This document shows positions 1-9,646 of a DNA stretch of 27,021 nt, piece after piece. Numbering within the stretch: the stretch's first letter is position 1; each line of letters opens with the position of its first letter. Both the position numbers and the translations under genes were made by a program. The stretch is from a virus (Duplodnaviria; Caudoviricetes): the IMG/VR virus record IMGVR_UViG_3300020533_000018, positions 1-27,021 of that record; one strand, 5' to 3'. The notes under the pieces are model-generated. The model was not told the DNA's origin. It worked only from the letters and a program-made list of their open reading frames with translations, and searched no databases.

Positions 1-2
1 AC

Positions 3-785
3 CAGTTCCCACAGGAAACAATAGACCAACTATTCCCGAGAACAAGGCACAAGATAATTTGCGACTATAACCCCGCATTAGGATTAGAACACTGGCTCGA
101 CCCTTATATTGAAAAATACCCACCGCTAATAACAACATATAGAGATAACCCTTATTTGACCACCGCACAGATAGAGGATATTGAAAGTAGGAAGCACAAT
201 GATTATTGGTGGAAAATTTATGGAAGTGGAGAAAGGGCAACAAGGGAGGGTGCTATATTTACGAATTGGACTATTGGAAATTTTAACAATTCGCTTCCTT
301 ATGCTTATGGTCAAGATTATGGATTCAGCATTGACCCGACAACATTAATAAAAGTTGCTGTTGATGAAAAAACAAAAACTATATTTGCAGATGAATTACT
401 TTACTCAAGTCAAGGGATGGGAACGGATGCTATTCTACAAGCGAATAAACAACTGATTAGCAAACCAACTGATTTGATTATCGGAGATAATTCAGAGCCG
501 AGACTAATTGACGATTTAAAGCGAAAAGGATTAAATATAATTGGATGCGAAAAGGGACAAGGTTCGGTAAGTGCAGGCATTACTAAAATGCAAGATTATG
601 CATTAGTAATAACTGAACGAAGCCATAACTTAAAAAAGGAATTATCTAATTATCTTTGGAATGATAAGAAAGCAGGAATACCGGTTGATGCCTTTAATCA
701 CGGAATTGACTCACTTAGATATAGTTTTCAACATTTGACCAAACAAAAATACGCTACTACTATAAAACGAAATTCACTAATATGA
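3..785 (+). CDS. terL: Terminase large subunit (PBSX-like), C-terminal part, 5'-truncated by the window edge
   Basis: The frame of ORF 156..785 is open from base 3 (QFPQETIDQLFPRT...IICDYNP...TYRDNPYL). It carries the nuclease motifs GQDYGFSIDPT and DAFNHGIDSLRY. Confidence 0.93.
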   Translation, partial: QFPQETIDQLFPRTRHKIICDYNPALGLEHWLDPYIEKYPPLITTYRDNPYLTTAQIEDIESRKHNDYWWKIYGSGERATREGAIFTNWTIGNFNNSLPYAYGQDYGFSIDPTTLIKVAVDEKTKTIFADELLYSSQGMGTDAILQANKQLISKPTDLIIGDNSEPRLIDDLKRKGLNIIGCEKGQGSVSAGITKMQDYALVITERSHNLKKELSNYLWNDKKAGIPVDAFNHGIDSLRYSFQHLTKQKYATTIKRNSLI

Positions 786-1228
786 TAACCTCAAGTATAG
801 GAACTCAAATAATTCAAATACCAACTTCATGGCATGATGTGCCATTTGAAAGATTTATTAACTGGATGGATTGCGAAACAGCATTGGAACAAGTTAGTTG
901 TTTACTCGATGTTTCAAAAGACCAATTAGAGCGACTCAATAGCGAATCTTTAGCTTCGATTATGTTAGCTACTTCATTCATGAGTGAATTGCCCGATGCT
1001 TATGTAGCTGAAGAAAATAAAGTCGATATTGGAAAAGAATCCTATGGTAAAGTTGAAGTTGCAAAGGCTCATTTAATTGCAGCGGAAAAACCATTTAAAG
1101 CAATGATACCTATACTAAAAGTATATACGGATGTGGACTATTCAAAGCTACCAACTACCATTTCATATCCTTTGGCTGCTTTTTTTTTGAACAGTTATCA
1201 CGATTTTTTGACAAGTACAAGCGATTAA
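782..1228 (+). CDS. Putative tail assembly chaperone, short (G-like) form
   Basis: 148 aa ORF with ATGA-type overlap to the terL end region. It has an IPTSWHDV motif and a T9 slippery run near the 3' end (1180-1188). Function is inferred from the G/GT-type frameshift architecture. Confidence 0.6.
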   Translation: MITSSIGTQIIQIPTSWHDVPFERFINWMDCETALEQVSCLLDVSKDQLERLNSESLASIMLATSFMSELPDAYVAEENKVDIGKESYGKVEVAKAHLIAAEKPFKAMIPILKVYTDVDYSKLPTTISYPLAAFFLNSYHDFLTSTSD

Positions 1229-1455
1229 ACGACTATAAGCCCACACAAGCGGAGGTGTTGGCAGATGTGGATAGGTTTAAAAAGTTTGGCGCTAAAATGA
1301 CCATTAAAACCATTGGTGAAAAGTATCACAAAACAATGAGTGAAGTAATGGCTTTGCCAGCGGAGGAAATATATGAAGTCTTATTAATGGACTTTGAGGA
1401 AAGTATGTACAAAAAAGACCTTGAGGAGGCGTATCGGATGCTTCAAAAAAAATAA
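782..1455 (+). CDS. Putative tail assembly chaperone, -1 frameshifted long (GT-like) form, about 224 aa
   Basis: The -1 frame after GCT TTT TTT TTG reads FEQLSRFFDKYKRLNDYKPTQAEVLADVDRFKKFG... with no stop into ORF 1255..1455. Confidence 0.7.
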
Positions 1456-1487
1456 GGCTAACAAAATAAAACGCTATTAAAATTGAT

Positions 1488-1495
1488 TACTTTTG
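1488..1495 (+). promoter_or_regulatory. Bacteroidota-type -7 promoter box TActTTTG
   Basis: Matches the TAnnTTTG consensus, lies in an intergenic gap, and sits 4 nt before ATG 1500. Confidence 0.65.
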
Positions 1496-1499
1496 TAAA

Positions 1500-1943
1500 A
1501 TGTACAAAGATTTTGTCGATACCATAAAAGAGATAGCCTTTGATATAAATCCGAATGGTACTTTTTATCATGGCAGAGTATCGGATGCAAACTTAGCTAT
1601 CGAAAAGCAACCTTTACCACAAATTCATTTATATCCTTTTACAATTAGCAGAGCCGACCAAAACCAAGCGGTTGATACTATACCTAACGTATTAATAGCG
1701 TTAATTTTTCAAGATACTCCGCACACAAATGATGAAGACAGACTCGAGATAATCAAGCAGGCAGATATAATGCAAAGAAGATTAGAGCAATGGCTAATTG
1801 CTAAAAATGTTCAATATACAGGTTACCAAGCAGAGCCATATTTTAAGCAGTTCAACGGAATCACAAGCGGAATGTTCGTGAGGTTTAATGCTAAAGTAAT
1901 TTCAACAGTTGTCGATTGTTTACCAACTTCTGAAATAATATAA
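1500..1943 (+). CDS. Putative tail terminator / tail completion protein
   Basis: 147 aa with alternating alpha/beta pattern and an 'LPQIHL' motif reminiscent of gpU/gp17-like terminators, in structural context. Confidence 0.45.
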   Translation: MYKDFVDTIKEIAFDINPNGTFYHGRVSDANLAIEKQPLPQIHLYPFTISRADQNQAVDTIPNVLIALIFQDTPHTNDEDRLEIIKQADIMQRRLEQWLIAKNVQYTGYQAEPYFKQFNGITSGMFVRFNAKVISTVVDCLPTSEII

Positions 1944-1944
1944 A

Positions 1945-2427
1945 ATGGACTTTAACGAATATTTAAATAAATTAGGATTAGAGTTAACTGATAGGTTAGT
2001 TAAAGATATTCAGACTAAAAGAGTTACTAAGTATGGAGCTGTTAATGCTTCAGGGCGTTTGGCTAAGTCGGTTCGTTACGATGTTAAGAACTCTACTTTA
2101 ACTGTTTATGCCGAGCAATATATCGGTGCTTTAGAGTTTGGTAGAAAACCTACAACAAACGGCAACAAACCTGGCAAACTTAAAGATGTAATTAGGCAAT
2201 GGATTGATGAAAAAGGTATAACACCTAAAGATGGAATTAGTAAAGATTCATTAGCTTTTTTGATTACTCGAAAAATACACAGAGAGGGTACAACTATTTG
2301 GCAGCAAGGCGGCTCTGATTTGGTGAGCGGAATATTCAATGATGCTTTAACAAAAGAAATCGAAAATGATTTTTACAATTTGATTGCAAGTGAAGTTAGT
2401 AGTGACGTTTTAAAAATAGCAGCATAA
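1945..2427 (+). CDS. Putative neck/tail completion protein (HK97 gp10-like)
   Basis: Motifs ASGRLAKSV, EFGRKP and LAFLITRKIHREGT are typical of this basic virion morphogenesis family. Confidence 0.6.
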   Translation: MDFNEYLNKLGLELTDRLVKDIQTKRVTKYGAVNASGRLAKSVRYDVKNSTLTVYAEQYIGALEFGRKPTTNGNKPGKLKDVIRQWIDEKGITPKDGISKDSLAFLITRKIHREGTTIWQQGGSDLVSGIFNDALTKEIENDFYNLIASEVSSDVLKIAA

Positions 2428-3269
2428 TGCCAATTCAAAAAAATTATAGCCAAATAAGGAGTCCACGTCAATGGGTAAGTGCTTACCAACCTATTAATTA
2501 TTTATTTGATGCACCAACTGAATTAGGTAATTTTGGCGTTAGCTTTGGCAATTTAGTAGTAACATCTGGCGTATTCATGAATTCAGTTACGTTACTAAAA
2601 ATAGGCGATTTAGTTTACATTACAGCAGGAATTTATAAAGGATATCACACGATTAAATCAGTAGGAACTTATGTCTATTCAGGAGGAACACCAATATTAG
2701 TAAGTTACACTTTAAATACTGTTTATACCGTTGCTGACACTGCTAGGGATATAAAGTACATGCAACCGCCTGTGTTTTCGGTTTATAAAGGATGGCAAAC
2801 AGGTGAAGTGCCAATTGGAGTTAGTCCGAATCCATATCCTTTTTTAAAAGTTGCTGATTTTTCACCTGAGGGAAATAGAGATGGGTTTTTAGAAGTTAAT
2901 ATTTCAGGATATGTTCAATCTGCATTATTGCCAATAGTGCCGCCAAAAAAAGGACTTATATTTTTCGGTGCTGACAATGGATATAATTTATATATGCCAT
3001 TCAGAGTAGTATTTTCAACTGTAGTTTCGAGTAAAACGTATTTGACAATACATAAAGCACTTTGTGCTGGAATTGATACTGAAGATTTATTTTCAAAATA
3101 TGTAAGCACAAAACAATATTTGGCAGAATCAATAGCAATCTCAAGTTGTTTAACTAAGTTTGCAACTTATATTAATGGTTCGATTTTAACAACGTACAGA
3201 TTTGAGAGTCAATCAATACCAAGAAGTACATTTAATGACAGATTTAATTCAAGATTTTTAAATACATAA
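2427..3269 (+). CDS. Putative tail/virion structural protein
   Basis: 280 aa, beta-rich, coupled to neighbours in the tail module. Confidence 0.45.
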   Translation: MPIQKNYSQIRSPRQWVSAYQPINYLFDAPTELGNFGVSFGNLVVTSGVFMNSVTLLKIGDLVYITAGIYKGYHTIKSVGTYVYSGGTPILVSYTLNTVYTVADTARDIKYMQPPVFSVYKGWQTGEVPIGVSPNPYPFLKVADFSPEGNRDGFLEVNISGYVQSALLPIVPPKKGLIFFGADNGYNLYMPFRVVFSTVVSSKTYLTIHKALCAGIDTEDLFSKYVSTKQYLAESIAISSCLTKFATYINGSILTTYRFESQSIPRSTFNDRFNSRFLNT

Positions 3270-3273
3270 CAAT

Positions 3274-3900
3274 ATGAGTAAAATAGCAGTACAAGCATTA
3301 TCAGACAGTCTATTCCCAGACATTGGATCAGAAATCACACCAGCCGATTTAAGGGCATTTAATAACGCTTTAATAGACGATTACCAAGAGGAGATACAGC
3401 AACTTACAACGGCTGAAATTAATGCTTTAACGCCACCAATTGGATTGTTAGTGTATAATACCGATTTGGCTAAATATGGATACCATAATGGAGTTGCATG
3501 GAAATACTTTTTAACTGAAACGCCTGTTGCGTTAATTCAAACTATCAAAGTGACTGTAACGAGTGCGGAGATTTTAGATAGCCATGATAATCCAGTTGAA
3601 TTATTGCCAGCGCCAGGGGTTAATTCATTTTACCAAATAATTAACATAACTATTAAAAGAAGTTTTGACACAACAGCATACGATACAAATGTAGACGGAT
3701 ATTTAACGGTAAATTCACAAAATATTGGTAGTCTTTTAGATTTGTCTTTTACTCAAACAAGCTATTCTTTTCAAACTGAATCGGGATATGTAGATGACAT
3801 AGAAAACCAAGGTTTATTTTTTACTACCTTAACTGGCAATCCTGAAAATGGTGATGGCGAATTAGTTTTTTATATTACATATCAGATACTTGAACTGTGA
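3274..3900 (+). CDS. Putative fibre/decoration virion protein
   Basis: Motifs EITPADLR and LTTAEINAL..GLLVYNTD are of the kind seen in phage fibre proteins. The C-terminus is beta-sandwich-like. Confidence 0.45.
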   Translation: MSKIAVQALSDSLFPDIGSEITPADLRAFNNALIDDYQEEIQQLTTAEINALTPPIGLLVYNTDLAKYGYHNGVAWKYFLTETPVALIQTIKVTVTSAEILDSHDNPVELLPAPGVNSFYQIINITIKRSFDTTAYDTNVDGYLTVNSQNIGSLLDLSFTQTSYSFQTESGYVDDIENQGLFFTTLTGNPENGDGELVFYITYQILEL

Positions 3901-4637
3901 AAATAGTTTACAAGTCATATAATGTTTGTGCTACAAATGGAACTATTAGTGAGCCGTTAGATGGGTTTACAGGTACGCCACGTACATTATTAGGAGTATG
4001 GAACGGGAATGCTTATGAACCCGTGCCAGCATGGTTTATATGGACAGGAACTACCTATACATTTAATTTGGCTGCATGGTTTACATGGACAGGGACAAGC
4101 TATATATATAATCCAGGAGTAACTATAGGCACGACCGTAATAGGATTTTCAGCAGGCGGCATAGAATATCTTATAATTATTAATAAGAGTAGTGTATGCG
4201 CAGCAGCAACTATTCCATATACTCCTGAATGCTGTACTGGATTAAATATTGTTTGGCTTAATAGAGAGGGCGGTTATCAAAGTTTTTTATTCGGTGGGAA
4301 AAGAGCGATTTACGAAATAACTGATGGGGAAGCAGAAACATTTAAAACTCAAAACCTAACTTTAAAAAATTTAAGTTTAAAAGATGTTTACCGAGCTGTG
4401 GTGGTAAATACAGGCGTAATAGATAGGGAGTTATTATCGGTATTAGAATCTTTACGAAATTCAATACAAGCGTGGGTTTACGATGAAGAATTGCCCGACT
4501 ATTTAAACTTTGAAGATAGGTTCACTCCAATTATAGTTGACAGAGAGAGCATGATTGTTAGAGATACAAGAGAAAGGATAGTTGAAAGAACATTTAGATT
4601 TTTGATAGCTAAAGAGTTAAATATACAAGGTCAGTGA
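3897..4637 (+). CDS. Putative tail tip (distal-tail-like) protein
   Basis: The WLNREGGYQSFLF motif resembles that of Bacteroidota phage tail proteins. GTGA overlaps occur at both ends. Confidence 0.5.
   Translation: MKIVYKSYNVCATNGTISEPLDGFTGTPRTLLGVWNGNAYEPVPAWFIWTGTTYTFNLAAWFTWTGTSYIYNPGVTIGTTVIGFSAGGIEYLIIINKSSVCAAATIPYTPECCTGLNIVWLNREGGYQSFLFGGKRAIYEITDGEAETFKTQNLTLKNLSLKDVYRAVVVNTGVIDRELLSVLESLRNSIQAWVYDEELPDYLNFEDRFTPIIVDRESMIVRDTRERIVERTFRFLIAKELNIQGQ
4029..4093 (+). repeat. Intragenic tandem duplication, 45-nt period
   Basis: GCATGGTTTATATGGACAGG (4029) and GCATGGTTTACATGGACAGG (4074) are 19/20 identical. They encode AWFIWTGT and AWFTWTGT. Confidence 0.8.
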
Positions 4638-6622
4638 TTCGATTAGTAATAAATGGAGTTGATGCGGACGTATTCCAAAATGAAACTATTATTGGTGAGT
4701 ATGCTATTGCACCGATAGGAGACATATCAAAAAGAGTAGGTGCGAGGTCAATTTCATTTAAGCTACCAAAGACGGCAAACAATAGAGCAATTTTTCAAAG
4801 CTGCGAAGTGGTCACATCCGCTTCAAATATACCATACCAAAGACTTGATTGCCGTTTATACGTTGATGGGGTTGATATGAATATGCGGTTTTGTACTTTA
4901 GAAAAAGTCGATGGATATTATAATATAAGAACCTATGGAACTAATGTTAGCTTTTTTGATTTATTAAAAGACAAATTGCTTTCGGCTTTAAATTATTCAG
5001 ATTACAATGGATTTTACAATGCAGAAAGGATAGGCACTACAAATAACAATGACATAGTATTTCCTATAGTAGACTTCAACAAAGACAGCCCAAATGCATA
5101 CGTTTCGGTTGGAGCTACAATGAGTAGCGAAACAATGCTACCAGCGTTTAAAGTAAATTCAATACTAAATAAAATATGTAATGCTGCAGGATACACATTA
5201 CAAAATAATATACAAACGCCAAATCTTATAATTCCTTGCAATGGAAAAAAGGTAAGGGATTATGACGGGAGTAAATACTTAGGAAGATTTTTACCATTGA
5301 CAGGAGGACCCGCAACTGTGCCATTAACATTTACTTTTGACCCTTTTTATAGATTTGATTACGCTGCATCTTTATTAACCTCAAAAACATATTGGATTGA
5401 TTCAACTGTAACTACAAGACCGAGAACAGTAATGGGCAATTTTACTTCACCCTATAATTTTAGAAATCTTTGTTTTGCAGATGAAGTATCAATAAATTTT
5501 ACATTGAATTTTAAAGTAGTACCATCTTCAAGAGCTGTTTTATTAATAGAAGTTATAACAAGTAGTCAAACAAAAACATATACAAGAAATATACCATTAG
5601 GAATCACAACCTATTCAATTACTGATTTTATAGAAGTAAAAAAGGGGGGGAATGGTGAATGCGGAATGAGCATAAGATTTTCTACTCAAAGTGGGGGCGC
5701 AATATCATTATATATGGATTCCGCTACAAACTTTAACATCACAAGTTGCACTATACTTAATCCTTTAGACATAAGAACAAAACAACAGGCAAGAGAATTT
5801 GGGGGCTTTAGATATTTGACCCCGTCTACTATGCTACCTAATTTAAAGCAAGGTGATTTTATCAAAAGCTATCTTAAGTTATTTTCGGGTGTGATAACAG
5901 TGGATGAAAATACTAAAGTGGTCAAATTAAACCAATTTAACGACATTAGAAATAATATAAATAATGCAATTGACTGGAGTGGCAAAGTTGATTTTACAGA
6001 TGACTACATTACTGATTTTGAATTGGATTATGCGCAAAACAATTTTTTAAAATATAAAGATGACGATTCAGTAATAAAACCAGTTGGTACGGATTATAAC
6101 GCTGTAATTCAAAATGAAAATCTTCCTGTAAATAAAGATTTGATTTCTGTGGATTTTTCCGCCACTGAAAATGTTAATAGGTTTTCTTATACATTCCCAG
6201 TTAATCAAATTAAGATTTACGAAAATGGAGACATTGCCAATGATGTTAATATGAGAATATTGATATTAGAATTAAGAAATTCTCCAATGTTTGTTAGAAA
6301 TAGTTCCGATGTGCTTTCAGGGAGCTCCTATCAGATAGTTTCCAATGTTCCATTTACAAGATTCATTGATACTAATTATACAAATAACCTAGGCTTTGGA
6401 TTTAACATATTTAATAATTATTACACGTACATAATTAGCGTTATAGATAAGTATAAAATAATTGAATTGAATGTTAGATTGAATTTAAGCGATGTATCGA
6501 ATTTGGATTTTTTAAAGCCCGTTTATATCAGAGAACTGGATACTTATTTTTATGTGAACAAAATAAAATTTGACTATACATCTAAAAATAGCAGTGTAGT
6601 AGAACTTATAAAATTATTATAA
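4634..6622 (+). CDS. Putative baseplate hub / tail tip protein
   Basis: 662 aa. N-terminal SISFKLPKTANNRAIF, IDWSGKVD and C-terminal LDFLKPVYI..YFYVNKI..VELIKL match a hub-like pattern. It lies directly upstream of the tape measure gene. Confidence 0.6.
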   Translation: MIRLVINGVDADVFQNETIIGEYAIAPIGDISKRVGARSISFKLPKTANNRAIFQSCEVVTSASNIPYQRLDCRLYVDGVDMNMRFCTLEKVDGYYNIRTYGTNVSFFDLLKDKLLSALNYSDYNGFYNAERIGTTNNNDIVFPIVDFNKDSPNAYVSVGATMSSETMLPAFKVNSILNKICNAAGYTLQNNIQTPNLIIPCNGKKVRDYDGSKYLGRFLPLTGGPATVPLTFTFDPFYRFDYAASLLTSKTYWIDSTVTTRPRTVMGNFTSPYNFRNLCFADEVSINFTLNFKVVPSSRAVLLIEVITSSQTKTYTRNIPLGITTYSITDFIEVKKGGNGECGMSIRFSTQSGGAISLYMDSATNFNITSCTILNPLDIRTKQQAREFGGFRYLTPSTMLPNLKQGDFIKSYLKLFSGVITVDENTKVVKLNQFNDIRNNINNAIDWSGKVDFTDDYITDFELDYAQNNFLKYKDDDSVIKPVGTDYNAVIQNENLPVNKDLISVDFSATENVNRFSYTFPVNQIKIYENGDIANDVNMRILILELRNSPMFVRNSSDVLSGSSYQIVSNVPFTRFIDTNYTNNLGFGFNIFNNYYTYIISVIDKYKIIELNVRLNLSDVSNLDFLKPVYIRELDTYFYVNKIKFDYTSKNSSVVELIKLL

Positions 6623-9249
6623 TGGCAGAAGTTGAAGTATTTAAAATAGATATACAACCAGTAGTTAGTGAGCTTGCTAAATTAGGTTCTGAATTAGAGA
6701 AAGCAAGGGCGAAGTATCAAGAAACCAAAAATTCTCAAACTGAATATTCAGAGGATGCAATTAGGGCTAAAGCAGAGGTAAATGTATTAAGCAAAGAAGT
6801 AAACGCTTTGACTAATGTATTGACTAACCAACAAAAGGGATTAGGGGAACTTAAAAAAGCTACTGAAGCAAATATTGATATAACAAAGATTCAAAACAAT
6901 ACAATTGAAACGAATAGAAAGTTGTACAATGCCTTATACAATCAACAGTTAAGAAATCCGAGTCCAATAGTTGAAAAACAGTTAAAGTCCTTAAGTGATA
7001 CATTAAAAGACCAGGAAAAGAAATTAGGCGATACAAGGCGAAGCGTTGGCGATTATCAAGGTGGGATAGTTGCCGCTGCAAAAGAATTAAATGTATTTGG
7101 AGTTTCTGCAGGTCAATTAAAAAGCGGATTAGATGCAGCTAAAACAGGATTTCAAGCAGCAGGTGGTGGAGTTAAGGGATTTAGCGCAGCATTAGCAGCA
7201 ACTGGAATCCCAATAATAATAATGGCAATGCAAGGGCTTATTAATGTGTTTCAAAACTTTAAACCAATTGCAGATGCAGTAGAGGAAACCACAACAGCAT
7301 TAGCAGCAGGATTTAGAGCATTAGTTACAGGGGGTTCAATAAAAGATGCAGTTAATCAATCATTGGATTTACTTAATGTAATGCGTGATTTGGAGGATAC
7401 TCAAGCCGCTTATAATTTACAAATTGAAAAGCAACAAGGCAATATTGATAAATTAATAATACAATCAAAAGACAGGACTAAAACAGAGGAGGAACGTACT
7501 GCATTACTTGAAAAAGCAGAACAACTTGAAAAAACATTATATGATAATTCAGTAAAGAGAAACGACCAATTATTAAGAGAGCAAAAAAAGGCTTTAGTTG
7601 ATAAATTAGATATTTCAGAAACAGAATTAAAAATATTAGCAGAGGGTACGAGCAAACAATCATTAGCATTAAGAGAAAGACTTGAAAAGCAAAAAGGTTT
7701 AACAGATGAAGAGTTAGCCACATATCAAAAAACATTGCAAGACAGAGCAAAGTTAGATAATGAAAGCGGTAAGTTTTTGGAGAAAGTAGTTAATGCTAAA
7801 AACAAGTTGATTGAGAAAGAAGAAGCCGCTCAAGAAAAAGCACAGGCAGAACGTGAAAAAAGAGAAGCGAAGCAACAAGCGGCAAGGGAAAAACAATTAG
7901 CAGAGGAACAAAAGTATGCAGATAATTTAACGGCTTTATCGGATGCTTTTTTATTAACAGAACGTGAAAAATTAGAACGTAGCTTTGAAGTTAAATTTGA
8001 ATCAATAACTGGCAACAGCAAAAAAGAAGTTGAATTAAGAAACGCTATTGAAAAACAAAAAATAGCAGCACTTGAAAAGTTTGACCAAGATGCTGAAAAG
8101 AAACGGCAAGAAAACCGAAAGAGAATTGAAGCGGAAATAATAGCTAACAATGCTAAAGAGTTTAACGCTCAAATAGAAGCTAATAAAAGGAGTTTGGATT
8201 TAGAACTCCAACAAGTCGATTTGTCTTTGGGAACGGAAAAAGAAAAAGCAGCAAAAAAAAGAGAGTTAAACTTAGATTTTCTTGAAGAGCAATTAGAATT
8301 AACTGAACAATATTTAGGTGCGGATGGGGTAATTACTCAAGCGGAAATGCAAGGCATTCAAAAGCTACGAAATGAAATATCTTTACTAAGAAAAGACGCA
8401 ACTGCAAAAAAAGAGGGTGACTCAAGCTTTGGTAAGTCTTTAGGATTAGATGAAGATGGGATAAAAGAAGCGCAAAATGCATTATCAGAAATAAGTAAAG
8501 CAGTAGAAGCGGTGACGGGTATTATAAACATGGTTTATGAAACCAGGTTGAACAATATTGACAATACAAAGAATGCCGAAATAGATGCGATTAATCAAAG
8601 CACAGTAAGTGAGGAAGAAAAAGCAATAAGGATACAAAAGGCTGAACGTGATGCTGCAAATGCTAAATATCAAATTCAGTTAAAGCAATTTCAAGCCAAT
8701 AAAGCGACTTCAATAATTCAAACCATAATTAATACGGCTCAGGCAGTTATCGCTCAATTTGCCAATCCAGTGCCATTTGCGGGGGCTATATTGTCGGCAC
8801 TTGCAGCGGCAACGGGAGCTGCACAAATAGCAGTCATAGCTTCACAGCCTGCGCCACCAAAGCCAGCATTTGCAACAGGTGTAATCGGATTAGAGGGTGC
8901 GGGAACGGCAACAAGTGATTCAATAGATGCTAAACTTTCAAGAGGTGAATCTGTAATGACAGCAAGAGCTACTGAAAGATTCGCACCGATATTAGCGCAA
9001 ATGGAGTTAGCAGTAGGCAATAGACCTAACTTCCAAATGGGCAATAAAAGATTTGCAACAGGATTCATTCCTACGGGCGATGGGGGTTACTCAACACGAA
9101 ATGCGGGGAGTGATTTAATGGCACGCAATGCAACTGAAAAAGCAATGATGCAAGCGGTGTCAGCAATGCCAGCACAAAAATTAGTACTTGAGGAGTTTAG
9201 AAACTTTGAAACAAACGTGGATAAGTCCGTTGCTATTTCGGAACTTTAG
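6622..9249 (+). CDS. Tail tape measure protein
   Basis: 875 aa, Ala/Glu/Lys-rich coiled coil with hydrophobic segments, RRSVGDY, and C-terminal FATG..GAGTATSDSIDAKLSRGESVM. Confidence 0.9.
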   Translation: MAEVEVFKIDIQPVVSELAKLGSELEKARAKYQETKNSQTEYSEDAIRAKAEVNVLSKEVNALTNVLTNQQKGLGELKKATEANIDITKIQNNTIETNRKLYNALYNQQLRNPSPIVEKQLKSLSDTLKDQEKKLGDTRRSVGDYQGGIVAAAKELNVFGVSAGQLKSGLDAAKTGFQAAGGGVKGFSAALAATGIPIIIMAMQGLINVFQNFKPIADAVEETTTALAAGFRALVTGGSIKDAVNQSLDLLNVMRDLEDTQAAYNLQIEKQQGNIDKLIIQSKDRTKTEEERTALLEKAEQLEKTLYDNSVKRNDQLLREQKKALVDKLDISETELKILAEGTSKQSLALRERLEKQKGLTDEELATYQKTLQDRAKLDNESGKFLEKVVNAKNKLIEKEEAAQEKAQAEREKREAKQQAAREKQLAEEQKYADNLTALSDAFLLTEREKLERSFEVKFESITGNSKKEVELRNAIEKQKIAALEKFDQDAEKKRQENRKRIEAEIIANNAKEFNAQIEANKRSLDLELQQVDLSLGTEKEKAAKKRELNLDFLEEQLELTEQYLGADGVITQAEMQGIQKLRNEISLLRKDATAKKEGDSSFGKSLGLDEDGIKEAQNALSEISKAVEAVTGIINMVYETRLNNIDNTKNAEIDAINQSTVSEEEKAIRIQKAERDAANAKYQIQLKQFQANKATSIIQTIINTAQAVIAQFANPVPFAGAILSALAAATGAAQIAVIASQPAPPKPAFATGVIGLEGAGTATSDSIDAKLSRGESVMTARATERFAPILAQMELAVGNRPNFQMGNKRFATGFIPTGDGGYSTRNAGSDLMARNATEKAMMQAVSAMPAQKLVLEEFRNFETNVDKSVAISEL

Positions 9250-9406
9250 AAATTGTTTGTTCGATTTCCTTGATAGTTGCTTTTCTAATAAACTCACTTT
9301 CTTTTATTCCAGTGTTGAAAATAATAGAGTTGAGTTTAGAATCCCAATAAGGGGGCAATGTTGTTTTCCTTTGTTTAGAGAAATTTGGGTTTTTCTTTTT
9401 ATCCAT
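9233..9406 (-). CDS. Putative ribbon-helix-helix (CopG/Arc-like) DNA-binding protein, 57 aa (not in ORF track)
   Basis: Manual translation gives MDKKKNPNFSKQRKTTLPPYWDSKLNSIIFNTGIKESEFIRKATIKEIEQTISKVPK, a strand-helix-TGIKESEFIR-helix pattern. It has an AAAACAAAAC leader. Confidence 0.7.
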   Translation of the reverse strand: MDKKKNPNFSKQRKTTLPPYWDSKLNSIIFNTGIKESEFIRKATIKEIEQTISKVPK

Positions 9407-9569
9407 GTTTTGTTTTGATTGCTACTGAAAGTATAACAAGAAACAAAAGTCGTGAAATTTCGCCCCATTCTAAAGGATTAGGACTAAATGAAATAAAAGA
9501 TGAAGTGAAGTAAGCTACCGAAAAAAAGGTTATGTAATAGCCTATAAGATACTTAATAGAGTGCTTCAT
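9399..9569 (-). CDS. Small membrane protein, 56 aa, two hydrophobic segments (not in ORF track)
   Basis: Manual translation gives MKHSIKYLIGYYITFFSVAYFTSSFISFSPNPLEWGEISRLLFLVILSVAIKTKHG. Its stop overlaps the start region of the RHH gene. Confidence 0.6.
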   Translation of the reverse strand: MKHSIKYLIGYYITFFSVAYFTSSFISFSPNPLEWGEISRLLFLVILSVAIKTKHG

Positions 9570-9574
9570 AATTT

Positions 9575-9610
9575 TTAGCCTTAATTGTTTTTTAAATAGT
9601 TAGCCTTAAT
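9575..9610. repeat. Direct repeat TTAGCCTTAAT x2 (putative operator)
   Basis: Exact 11-mers at 9575-9585 and 9600-9610 in the divergent intergenic region. Confidence 0.7.
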
Positions 9611-9622
9611 CAAAATACTTCA

Positions 9623-9630
9623 CAAATATA
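9623..9630 (-). promoter_or_regulatory. -7 box TAtaTTTG for the minus-strand operon
   Basis: CAAATATA on + reads TATATTTG on -, upstream of the minus-strand ATG at 9569. Confidence 0.55.
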
Positions 9631-9634
9631 GCAA

Positions 9635-9642
9635 TATTTTTG
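9635..9642 (+). promoter_or_regulatory. -7 box TAttTTTG for the head operon
   Basis: Consensus match 4 nt before GTG 9647. Confidence 0.65.
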
Positions 9643-9646
9643 TATT

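Noticed and set aside
5644-5650. G7 tract in the tail hub gene as a phase-variation site
   Set aside because: It is short and in frame (Lys-Gly-Gly), and I saw no evidence of an alternative product.
8253-8260. A8 run in the tape measure gene as a frameshift site
   Set aside because: Such runs are expected in Lys-rich AT-rich coding sequence, and the gene is intact.
9188-9418. + strand 76-aa ORF after the tape measure gene
   Set aside because: It has a TTG start inside the TMP gene and an implausible composition. The region is better explained by the minus-strand RHH gene.
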